From: Ferruginibacter sp.
Lineage (GTDB): Bacteria > Bacteroidota > Bacteroidia > Chitinophagales > Chitinophagaceae
Direction of reading: 5' to 3'
DNA length: 64,000 nucleotides
Assembly: GCA_031424955.1 (NCBI GenBank)
Contig: JANPIJ010000377.1
Coordinates: 20,306 to 84,305 of the forward strand
Both the position numbers and the translations under genes were made by a program. This document shows, piece after piece, positions 40,506 through 49,698 of this stretch. The notes below the pieces were generated by a model. It was given only the letters and a program-made list of their open reading frames with translations. It was not told the DNA's origin and did no database searches. Position 1 is the first letter of the stretch. Each line of letters starts with the position of its first letter.

Positions 40506-40560
40506 GTGGTTGGTGAGACGCCAACCACGGCCCGAGCCTTGGCGGGTGTCCCCACCCGCC
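40506..40560. repeat. Inverted pair of REP-like palindromes
   Basis: GTGGTTGGTGAGACGCCAACCACGG and CCTTGGCGGGTGTCCCCACCCGCC; each is a hairpin and they are related in inverted orientation. Confidence 0.7.
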
Positions 40561-40620
40561 TGTACAGCTTAAGTTAACGACATTGAATGGTCAATGGTCA
40601 AAGTTGAAAAAACTAACTAT

Positions 40621-41502
40621 TCACTTATCGATCCAGCTATTACTGTAATCCTCGTTGTACTCATGTTTCCACCTCCGATGGCTCCACAAATAATTGGCGG
40701 GTTGGTTTCGAATAATGGATTCTAAATAATCCCTGTATTTGAGTGCCAATGCCTCCGGTGTGTATGCTCCCGGGTTTTCAAGTATTTCGTACACTTCAAA
40801 ATGATAATGCCCTCTTTTAACTTTTTTGAAATCATAATAAATCACTACTGGTTTATTTTTAACCGCAGCCCTGTGAGGGCCCATAATAAACGGTACCGGT
40901 TTGCCAAAAAAATTAAGCCAGTAAGCTTTGCCAGGGTAAGTATTCTGATCGGCCAGTAAGCATATAGAATATTGCTTTTTCATCAGTTCAATCATTTGCC
41001 TTTGAAAGGATGAATTGGGTATTAATATTGTTCCATACCTGGCCCGGAATTTAAAATAAATACGGTTGAAGATTTTGTTTTCTACATTGGCAACCACCCC
41101 AATAAACGGAATGCGGATATGCCTGCTGAACAACAGATTGGTGAACTCCCAGTTAAACTGGTGACCGCCCAGCAATTGTATATTTTTTCCACCTGCTGCA
41201 ATTTCATTGATTGCACTAAAATCACCGGTACACCTTTTGTCAAACTGGCTATCACTGAGAGATAACAACTTGATGGTTTCAATAAATGTATCCACAAAAT
41301 TTTTATAAAACTGAGCAGCAATCTTTTTTCGTTCGGCCAGGGATTTTTCCGGAAAGGCAATGGCAAGGTTACCCAACACTACTTTTCTTCTGTAGCCAAA
41401 TACATGATACATCATCACATAAGCAATGTCACTGAATACATATAAAACAAAAAAAGGCAGTAAGGATGCAAGGTATAATAACCCATAAACCAGGTAATAC
41501 AT
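40621..41502 (-). CDS. Lipid A biosynthesis lauroyl/myristoyl acyltransferase family protein
   Basis: NLAIAFPEKS, HQFNWE, LADQ and YLWSHRRWK motifs; start at ATG 41502. Confidence 0.9.
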   Translation of the reverse strand: MYYLVYGLLYLASLLPFFVLYVFSDIAYVMMYHVFGYRRKVVLGNLAIAFPEKSLAERKKIAAQFYKNFVDTFIETIKLLSLSDSQFDKRCTGDFSAINEIAAGGKNIQLLGGHQFNWEFTNLLFSRHIRIPFIGVVANVENKIFNRIYFKFRARYGTILIPNSSFQRQMIELMKKQYSICLLADQNTYPGKAYWLNFFGKPVPFIMGPHRAAVKNKPVVIYYDFKKVKRGHYHFEVYEILENPGAYTPEALALKYRDYLESIIRNQPANYLWSHRRWKHEYNEDYSNSWIDK

Positions 41503-41598
41503 GGTACAAAGATAACAATTAGCTCCAATCACCTGAAGGAGAATAACAACCCCTGGTATTTGTTGGAAGGTTCATTCACGCTTAATTTACCATAAATT

Positions 41599-43230
41599 TT
41601 ACAAGGCAATATTCTGCGCCATTTTACTTTTCTCAGGGTAATCTGTATTAAAATGCAGGCCCCTGCTTTCGTGCCGGAATTCGGCGCATTTTACAATCAG
41701 GTAGGCAACGGTAATCATATTCCGAAGTTCACATAACTGCGGCGACACGGCCGTTTTTTCATATAGTGCTTCTGTTTCTTCATACAACAGGTCCAGTCTT
41801 TTCATCGCCCTTTTCAAACGCTCATTGTTTCTCACAATACCCACATAATCGCTCATGAGTAGTTTCATCTCCTTTAAACTTTGTGTTATCAGGATCATCT
41901 CTTTGGGAGCATTGGTACCCTCCGATCTCCAGTTGGGCACTTCTGCCAGCTCCACTTTATTTTCTTGATTAACGGATATGGAATTATCCCGGTCCTTCAT
42001 AGCGGCTACCGCATGTTTGTAAGCCCTGTGGGCAAATACCATCGCTTCCAGCAGCGAGTTACTTGCCAGGCGGTTAGCGCCATGTAAACCGGTGGAAGCG
42101 CATTCTCCGGCGGCATATAGATTCCTGATGGAGGTTCTTGCCCATTCATCTGTTTTAATACCGCCACAACTATAATGTGCGGCTGGAGCCACCGGTATCA
42201 TGTGCCGGGTGATATCAATTCCAATGCTGAGGCATTTCTCATAAATATTGGGAAAATGTTCGGTAAATTTTTCTTTGCTAAAATGGGTGCAATCCAAAAA
42301 CACATGTTCTGTACCACTTATTTTCATTTCATTATCGATTGCTCTTGCCACGATATCTCTTGGCGCCAGGTCCTTTCTCTCATCATAACGCTCCATGAAT
42401 GCCTCTCCATTTTGATTTCGTAAAATCCCGCCATCACCACGTACCGCTTCGGTTATTAAAAAACTATGTCCCCGAACACCCGGTTCATATAATGCAGTGG
42501 GGTGAAACTGGATAAACTCCATATTTTCAATCCTTCCTTTTGCCCGGTACACCATAGCAACACCATCGCCGGTTGCAATAGCAGGGTTGGTGGTGGTGCG
42601 ATACACCTGGCCGTTTCCTCCGGTTGCCAATAAAGTAACAGATGACAATATCTTTTCAATTTTATTGGTATTTAAGTTCAATATATACACTCCGTAACAC
42701 TCAATATCCGGAGTGGATTTGGTGATTAAAAAACCAAGATGATGTTGTGTAATAATATCCAGCACAAAACAATGACTGAGCAGTTGTATGTTTGATTTCC
42801 GGCTAATGGCTTCCAGCAATGCCCTTTCCATTTCTTTACCGGTTACGTCTTTGTGATGAAGTATGCGAAACTCACTGTGGCCACCTTCCCGGCCCAGTGC
42901 ATAATCGCCTTCCATATCTTTATCAAAATTGGCCCCCCATTCAATAATCTCCTTTATTCGCTCCACTCCTTCCTTTACTACAATTTCTACCACCCGCGGG
43001 TTACATAATCCATCCCCGGCTATTAGCGTGTCTTCGATATGTTTATCAAAACTGTCTTTATCAAAATCCATTACACCTGCGATACCTCCTTGTGCATATT
43101 TGGTATTTGTTTCGTCGCTTTGCGTTTTAGTTAAAACAGTAATCGTTTTCCCCGGGCATGCTTCCGCCACTTTTAAAGCATACGTGAGCCCTGCTATACC
43201 ACTGCCAATGACCAAAAAATCTGTTTGCAT
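41599..43230 (-). CDS. nadB: L-aspartate oxidase
   Basis: GSGIAG, AQGGIA, REGGHS, QFHPT, TEAVRG, HGANRLASNSLLE and ESRGLH motifs. Confidence 0.96.
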   Translation of the reverse strand: MQTDFLVIGSGIAGLTYALKVAEACPGKTITVLTKTQSDETNTKYAQGGIAGVMDFDKDSFDKHIEDTLIAGDGLCNPRVVEIVVKEGVERIKEIIEWGANFDKDMEGDYALGREGGHSEFRILHHKDVTGKEMERALLEAISRKSNIQLLSHCFVLDIITQHHLGFLITKSTPDIECYGVYILNLNTNKIEKILSSVTLLATGGNGQVYRTTTNPAIATGDGVAMVYRAKGRIENMEFIQFHPTALYEPGVRGHSFLITEAVRGDGGILRNQNGEAFMERYDERKDLAPRDIVARAIDNEMKISGTEHVFLDCTHFSKEKFTEHFPNIYEKCLSIGIDITRHMIPVAPAAHYSCGGIKTDEWARTSIRNLYAAGECASTGLHGANRLASNSLLEAMVFAHRAYKHAVAAMKDRDNSISVNQENKVELAEVPNWRSEGTNAPKEMILITQSLKEMKLLMSDYVGIVRNNERLKRAMKRLDLLYEETEALYEKTAVSPQLCELRNMITVAYLIVKCAEFRHESRGLHFNTDYPEKSKMAQNIAL

Positions 43231-43822
43231 AAATATTGCTTTTTAGCTGAACATTAAAATTAACAGTTAAATCACTAAAACGATTTAAATGTTAATTTAA
43301 AAAAATACCACTTTAGGGTATTGCATCAAAAAGAATTAAGTAGTAGGTTTACATCCTGGCTATTTTTTCGGATCCCCTATATCTCCTATACAGCAACCAC
43401 ACACGAATCTATTATCCTTTTACATCATGCTTTAAAAAATCGAAAGTTATTTCCGAATACTATTATTATGCAATAGACCCTGCATTTTTTTAACGATTAA
43501 ATCAAATGTTATGGCAAACGAATATTATTCAACCATCCGCTCTTCACCTTAATATTTTAACGATTACCGCTGCAATGCGATACACCTTATCAGTCCGTTT
43601 ACCATATCGGCAGCAGCTACAAAAAATACATCGAAAGGAGTGAAAGCAGCTATAAAATGAGCTGTTGAATAAATAAACAAGACTATAAGAAAACAGCAAT
43701 ACCCTGCGCCGGGATAACTGCAACTTTAATTGCAGGTGAATAGTCGCCCATTGCATAGCCTGTTTTTTTAAAATTATTTCTTCACTTGCCCGTAATAAGT
43801 TACAGGCATAAATCTATCTGTT

Positions 43823-46102
43823 ATGATTATTTCCATGCAAGGCAACTGGACGATCAGTGTAAAGTCTAAAGAAGCCGCCTTTCCCCAAAGGTTTGTAGTA
43901 GCCGGAGCCTCTTCCGGAAACGGGACCTACGATGCTACCATAAAAACCGATCCGGTACCAGTTACCGGTAGTCAATGGAGCATCGCCATTTTAAATAACC
44001 CAGGCAATGGATTTCGGTTGTCGGATACCCGGCTAAAATTCCCTTCACTTACGGGGGGCAATTTTGTTTTTGATATAGAATCGAACGATGCCGGAACCGA
44101 CAAAGATTTCAATGACCTGGTGCTTACCTGTACAGCCGCCGCCCTTGTTACGGATTATCTTATTTATGGCAATGTTACCTTGTACAGCGATTTTTGTTTT
44201 ATCAATCCATGTATCAGGAGATGGGTGGTAATTGATACCTACAGTAAATTTTTAAATGCGTTGAAGTTTGATAAGTTAAGAGAAGCAATTACCGTACTGT
44301 ATCCTGAACGGGTACCTCCATTTAAGCCAATTCCACCCGATCCTCCGCCTTTCTTTGTTCCTATTATGATTAATCTTTCGGATGATTTTCAATTACCACA
44401 AAAAACAGCAGATGTCTACAAAAGGCTGCCATCCGAACGGGGAGTTGCTTCGAACAAAGGCGATGCAACAACTGCAAATGCAGATTTGTTGTCCAATTTT
44501 AATTTAGAACGGTCTGTAAGTTTATCATCCAACATCGCAAAAGAGTCGATATCTGCCTTTGACAGGGCAGGCCTGGGTAAGGTTGCAGATACCCTTCGGC
44601 TGCGGTGCACTACCGAGCCCGGGGTAAATCTTACATTAGGGTTTGCTGAGTACGACAGAAGCATTGCTGAACTGGCTGGTGGTGCTTATACCGGCAATGG
44701 TAACCGTACTCAATTGGGAAATGCCATTACCGATATGAATGGTAATTATATTTTCCGGTTCACCCAAACCTTTGATGAACTGGTAAATGAAATATTTGAA
44801 GATGTGGCTGCCGGTGAGGATATAGTCGTTCAGGCGAGGCCCGATATAATAGCATCTATCGCAGACAGCATACACCCGGCGACTATATTATATGAAAGCG
44901 CTCCTTATTTTAATGTGCCCCAGTTAAGAAGGATTGATTTTTGTTTGCCGTTGGAAAAAGTAAAGCCAACTTCACTTTGCTTCAATGGTAACCTGGTTGG
45001 TAGTTTGGGGAACATATTTATTGGGGGAAGCCAAAATAGTACTGGCAGCTTATCGGCTGCAGCACTTGACAGAAACGGGTATAACAATCATTTGCGTTCC
45101 AGTGGAAAAATAAGCGTACATAATTCAATGGCAGGCTTTAGTGTGGATTGTGCCTGCTGGGGCAGCCTGATAGATGTAAAGGGTTGTATGTATAATTTAC
45201 AGAGAAAGGCAAACGACCCGTTGGTGAGGCGTTATACCATCCGCTATAAGAAACCGGGTGGAAGTTGGCAGTTTGTTACAGAAACTTATAAACACCCCAA
45301 ATTTTCAAAACGGTTTCTGCCATTTTATGATGGCGACCTGGTGGGGCCTTTTCCAACAATTTTAAATGTAGATGGCGGCCCTGCCGATACGGTACCTGCA
45401 TATATTAACATCCAGGCAGAAGTATTTTTTGATGGAATTGACTGGGAATTTTCAAACCTTGACAGGTACATGCAACTGAACAGCGCTATCTACGAAGCGG
45501 GCACTCCCGGCAAAGTTTATTTTTTGGTAGAAGGTTATGATGCAGCAGGAAACCTGGTTCCGGGAGCAAAGGACCTTATTGCGCTATATATCAATAACCG
45601 GGCACTTCAATATGGATTCGGAGCAATTCAGTTTACAAGTGTTATTGAAAGTGTGCCATGTGGTTTATACAAATTGTTGCCTGGCGAAATGAATACACCG
45701 CTTACAGTTCAATTTAAGGCCTATGATGAATGGGGCTTCACAGATTTTTATAATCTTACCATTGGCAAATGTCCGCAACAAATTGAAGTAGATGTTACCA
45801 GTCCGTTAAGTATCGCAGGTACCAAATCCCTGGGTGTGCTTGCATCGGGAAGTAACGCCGCCAATACAGATGCAGGTGGTTGCCCCGGCTTTTTTGGCAC
45901 ATTGGGTGACTTTGCCACCGCAGGTTTTGTAACAGTCCAGATGCAGCCCTCCGCGGCAGAAGGCGGTTGGTTAAGAGCAGGAGAACAGTTTGCCATTTTA
46001 TCATTTGGCCTTGATGCTGCCATCCGGAGAACAAATGGTTATAATACTGGAATAGGTAATCCCGGTGCTATTAGCACAGCTATATACCTTCAGCCAAAAT
46101 GA
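43823..46102 (+). CDS. Large Cys-rich hypothetical protein with N-terminal LecB/DUF4114-like Ca-binding motif
   Basis: 759 aa; beta-rich; SNDAGTDKDFNDLVL near residue 90; PIPPDPPP linker; no obvious signal peptide. Confidence 0.8.
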   Translation: MIISMQGNWTISVKSKEAAFPQRFVVAGASSGNGTYDATIKTDPVPVTGSQWSIAILNNPGNGFRLSDTRLKFPSLTGGNFVFDIESNDAGTDKDFNDLVLTCTAAALVTDYLIYGNVTLYSDFCFINPCIRRWVVIDTYSKFLNALKFDKLREAITVLYPERVPPFKPIPPDPPPFFVPIMINLSDDFQLPQKTADVYKRLPSERGVASNKGDATTANADLLSNFNLERSVSLSSNIAKESISAFDRAGLGKVADTLRLRCTTEPGVNLTLGFAEYDRSIAELAGGAYTGNGNRTQLGNAITDMNGNYIFRFTQTFDELVNEIFEDVAAGEDIVVQARPDIIASIADSIHPATILYESAPYFNVPQLRRIDFCLPLEKVKPTSLCFNGNLVGSLGNIFIGGSQNSTGSLSAAALDRNGYNNHLRSSGKISVHNSMAGFSVDCACWGSLIDVKGCMYNLQRKANDPLVRRYTIRYKKPGGSWQFVTETYKHPKFSKRFLPFYDGDLVGPFPTILNVDGGPADTVPAYINIQAEVFFDGIDWEFSNLDRYMQLNSAIYEAGTPGKVYFLVEGYDAAGNLVPGAKDLIALYINNRALQYGFGAIQFTSVIESVPCGLYKLLPGEMNTPLTVQFKAYDEWGFTDFYNLTIGKCPQQIEVDVTSPLSIAGTKSLGVLASGSNAANTDAGGCPGFFGTLGDFATAGFVTVQMQPSAAEGGWLRAGEQFAILSFGLDAAIRRTNGYNTGIGNPGAISTAIYLQPK

Positions 46103-46110
46103 TAAAATAA

Positions 46111-46434
46111 ATGGCAATCCTTATTTTTCATTTTATATTGACTGTGCTGGTTGCGTGGCGGGTATCACATTTGCTCAGCAAAGAGGATGGGCCATTTGAT
46201 CTGATTTATTTATTAAGAAAAAAGGCGGGAGCAGGCTTCTTTGGAAGCCTGCTCGACTGCTTTTATTGTGTAAGCGTGTGGGTAGCGCTTCCTTTGGGCC
46301 TATGTTTTGGAATGAGCTGGTGGGAGAAATTATTGTATTGGGGGGCAATTTCAGGTGCAGCCTGTTTACTGGAACAGGCAACAACAATTAATAAAAATAA
46401 TGGCCCGGATATACCCGATTATAAAGAAGACTAA
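46111..46434 (+). CDS. DUF1360-like small membrane protein
   Basis: WRVSHLL..EDGPFD....LR and LLDCFYCVSVW (CxxC) motifs; 2-3 TM segments. Confidence 0.75.
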   Translation: MAILIFHFILTVLVAWRVSHLLSKEDGPFDLIYLLRKKAGAGFFGSLLDCFYCVSVWVALPLGLCFGMSWWEKLLYWGAISGAACLLEQATTINKNNGPDIPDYKED

Positions 46435-46445
46435 AAATAATAATT

Positions 46446-46712
46446 ATGTGTAATTGTGGAAAAAAAAGAGAGGAGTTTGGTACAAGCCATTCATCCACGC
46501 AGAGCAGCTATAGCGACATCGAACCTGTAAAAAATAAATCATGGGATGATGTGTATTTCGAATACACCGGCTTTACTGCTTTATCTGTAAAAGGAAGCGT
46601 AAGCGGCAGGCATTACCGTTTTACGCAGCCTGGTAATACTCAACCAGTGGATTACAGGGACACCCCGGGAATGATGGCGGTACCGGTTTTGAGAAAAGTG
46701 AAACGGGAATAA
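46446..46712 (+). CDS. Small hypothetical protein (MCNCGKKR N-terminus)
   Basis: 88 aa, 11 bp after the previous stop; FEYTG..ALSVKGSVSGRHYRF...VDYRD core. Confidence 0.75.
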   Translation: MCNCGKKREEFGTSHSSTQSSYSDIEPVKNKSWDDVYFEYTGFTALSVKGSVSGRHYRFTQPGNTQPVDYRDTPGMMAVPVLRKVKRE

Positions 46713-46722
46713 ACGAATTACT

Positions 46723-48735
46723 TTAACTCGCCTCTACCCAGGCTTCACTCTCTTTAAGCAATGATATCAATTCATCTACCGCAATGGCACTATCAATATT
46801 TCTCTTCACTACTTCCTTGCCACGGTATAAAGTGATTTTTCCTACACCGCTTCCTACATAGCCAAAATCTGCATCAGCCATTTCACCGGGGCCATTTACA
46901 ATACATCCCATTATAGCGATCTTAACACCCTTTAAATGATTGGTTACACTTCTTATTTTAGCAGTTGTTTCCTGCAGGTCAAAAAGCGTTCTTCCACAAC
47001 TCGGGCAACTGATATACTCCGTTTTTGAAATCCTGGTACGGGTGGCCTGTAAAATGGAGAATGCTGTATTATTAATAAATTGTTCTACTGAAGCATTGGC
47101 AATGTAATTCCTTCCGCTTACCGCAATGTTAGCTGCATCATTATACGCTTTTGATGACATGCCCAGGCAAATCCCATCTCCCATCCCTTCTAAAAATAAA
47201 GCGCCTGTTTCGGTTGCGTAATGCACTAGGTGTTCGTCAGCAGTACTCCAGTTGCTATCTGTGATAAACACAACCGGGTTTTTAATTTTACGGTTCACCA
47301 GTTCTACCAGCATGCGCCTCACTGCATGCAGGGCAAATATATTTGTTGAACTCAGGCATAGAACTACTTTGGGATCGTTTCCCAATTCATCCAGGTAAGT
47401 AAAATCATTGATGGCGGTAGCATCGCTAAAACAATCAATCATTACAAAGTTTAACTGGCCCGACATTGAATCGGCATCAACATAACCGCTGTCTTCAAAT
47501 ATGGGAAAATAAGTTGTCTTGTCTTCTGCCAGTTGCCAGGTGGCCGGATACACGATTATTTTAACCGTGCCGGGCAACGCAAAATTCAATATTTGATTAC
47601 CGGTAAAAATATAATCGGCAGCCATATCACTGATCGTCCATTTATCCGACACGGCGTCATACGTGTACCCAACACTTTGCAGGTGAGCAGGATGAATGTT
47701 ATCTATCTTACTTAAATCAGCAATTACTACCGGCACCTGTTTATTACCAATATTACCCACCGCAAATGTTTCTCTTCGCTTATATTCAAACGGAGAATAA
47801 GGTATCGTGTCAATTGCCGGTATGAGCCTGCTACCCTTGTTGTATAGCCGCTGTTCGGAATATCGTTTTACGATGTCTTTGCAAACAGGGATTTCCAGTT
47901 CAGGATCTTCGGTCAGGCTTACCCGGATGGTATCGCCAATTCCGTCTTCCAGTAAAGTGCCAATTCCAATGGCAGATTTTATTCTTCCATCTTCACCATC
48001 ACCCGCTTCGGTAACACCTAAATGCAGCGGATAGCACTCTCCAAATTCATCTGCCATGTGATTAATCAGCAACCGGTAAGCCTGCACCATTACCAGTGGG
48101 TTACTACTCTTCATACTCAGGATAATATTATGATAATCCTCGCTGCGGGCTATACGTAAAAACTCCATCGCACTTTCCACCATACCCATGGCCGTATCAC
48201 CATAACGGCTCATGATCCGGTCGCTCAACGAACCATGATTGGTTCCAATGCGCATGGCAGTTCCATATTGTTTACAAATTTTTACCAATGGTGTAAAACG
48301 ATCCCTGATCCTTTCAATTTCTTCCGCATATTCAGCATCGGTATAATCTATTTGCTCAAATTTTTTCTTGTCTACATAATTACCCGGGTTCACTCTTACT
48401 TTCTCTACAATGGTAGCAGCAATTTCAGCAGCATTGGGTGTAAAATGAATATCAGCTACCAACGGCACGAAATAGCCGCGGCGATTCAATTCGTTTTTTA
48501 TATTCAATAAGTTTTCTGCCTCCTTTTTGGATGGTGCAGTTATACGCACCAATTCTGCTCCGGCTTCAATACAACGGATGGTCTGCTCAACTGTAGCCAT
48601 CGTATCCATGGTATCAGTCGTTGTCATGGTTTGCACCCTTACCGGGTGGTTATTCCCCAACAACAGGTTACCAATTTTAACTTCCCGGGTTTTAAGCCGT
48701 TTGTATTCCGTCATCGATTCACAATACAATTGCAT
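46723..48735 (-). CDS. ispG: HMBPP synthase (long form with insertion domain)
   Basis: VQTMTTTDT, VADIHF, RVNPGN, RIGTNHGSLS, HLGVTEAG, CPSCGRT and GCIVNGPGE motifs. Confidence 0.96.
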   Translation of the reverse strand: MQLYCESMTEYKRLKTREVKIGNLLLGNNHPVRVQTMTTTDTMDTMATVEQTIRCIEAGAELVRITAPSKKEAENLLNIKNELNRRGYFVPLVADIHFTPNAAEIAATIVEKVRVNPGNYVDKKKFEQIDYTDAEYAEEIERIRDRFTPLVKICKQYGTAMRIGTNHGSLSDRIMSRYGDTAMGMVESAMEFLRIARSEDYHNIILSMKSSNPLVMVQAYRLLINHMADEFGECYPLHLGVTEAGDGEDGRIKSAIGIGTLLEDGIGDTIRVSLTEDPELEIPVCKDIVKRYSEQRLYNKGSRLIPAIDTIPYSPFEYKRRETFAVGNIGNKQVPVVIADLSKIDNIHPAHLQSVGYTYDAVSDKWTISDMAADYIFTGNQILNFALPGTVKIIVYPATWQLAEDKTTYFPIFEDSGYVDADSMSGQLNFVMIDCFSDATAINDFTYLDELGNDPKVVLCLSSTNIFALHAVRRMLVELVNRKIKNPVVFITDSNWSTADEHLVHYATETGALFLEGMGDGICLGMSSKAYNDAANIAVSGRNYIANASVEQFINNTAFSILQATRTRISKTEYISCPSCGRTLFDLQETTAKIRSVTNHLKGVKIAIMGCIVNGPGEMADADFGYVGSGVGKITLYRGKEVVKRNIDSAIAVDELISLLKESEAWVEAS

Positions 48736-48883
48736 AAATTCTAAATTACTATTTAATTAATAACGAAAACGATGGGCTTGATCCGGTTAATTCAGTGACG
48801 AAATTTTTGAACCTCCGCAAATAAATAACAGATCTTAATAGTGCAGGTCGTTGTTCCCCATCACGGCCAGGTGCATCCATTGT

Positions 48884-49666
48884 TTAATAATTTATTTCGT
48901 ATGAAACCTTTTCTGGATGCTCTAACATTTCTGTTAGCGTAGTAGAAAAGGTAATTGTTCTTTTATCAGCCGAAATAGAGCTGCCGGGGCCATCATATTT
49001 TTTAACAGCCTTTGGCAAAACGATAATAGTGCGATAATTAAAATCACCCATCATTGCGGTCATTGGCTTAATCATACCCAATGTTGAATCCGTTGCTACC
49101 CTGTTTTTATAAACATCCAGGTTGGTAATCGTATTGGAAACTTTGCCTGGAGCTGCTTTAAAAGTAAACAGGTCTCCAAGCGGGTTGGCAGATTTTACGC
49201 CCATTTGCGCATTGCCCTCTTCCTCCGATTTTTCTTTTTCACCCGTAGCTTTTTCAAAAGCTTTTAATTTATTCATCACAGAAGTAAGGTTATTTTTTAT
49301 CTCCGTGAGTGCGGCACCATTTTTAAAAGGGGAACTAATGACAATTTTCATTTCATTTTTAGCTTCGTCCATCTTCACGCTGATGATGCCATCCTTGTAC
49401 AAAGCTTTTTCTTCGGCAGATAAATTATCCGCCGTGTTCAAAATGTCTTTCAGATAAATGGTGGTGTCTTTTTTTTCCTTTGCCTTGCCGGTTTCAGACT
49501 GGCCAGCACCCATGGATGAAGCCATTTGTAGCATTCTACCCATATCAACGGTCATAAAATACGTACCTGAATTATCAGGGTTGAAAACAATTTTTTCTTC
49601 GGTATCAAGGCAGGAAGATAATAAAGCGGCGAACAGGAAGGCGAACAGGAACTTAAAATTTTTCAT
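48884..49666 (-). CDS. Hypothetical lipoprotein
   Basis: Lipobox LSSC; family not identified. Confidence 0.8.
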   Translation of the reverse strand: MKNFKFLFAFLFAALLSSCLDTEEKIVFNPDNSGTYFMTVDMGRMLQMASSMGAGQSETGKAKEKKDTTIYLKDILNTADNLSAEEKALYKDGIISVKMDEAKNEMKIVISSPFKNGAALTEIKNNLTSVMNKLKAFEKATGEKEKSEEEGNAQMGVKSANPLGDLFTFKAAPGKVSNTITNLDVYKNRVATDSTLGMIKPMTAMMGDFNYRTIIVLPKAVKKYDGPGSSISADKRTITFSTTLTEMLEHPEKVSYEINY

Positions 49667-49698
49667 CGTAGAAGTTTATGTTGCAAAGATGCAAAATT

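Noticed and set aside
43544-43756. 70-aa minus-strand ORF in the nadB upstream gap
   Set aside because: No motifs and atypical composition; probably spurious.
46723-48735. IspG is much longer than the E. coli enzyme
   Set aside because: The long form with an inserted domain is known from plants and several bacterial phyla; no repeat-bounded insert seen.
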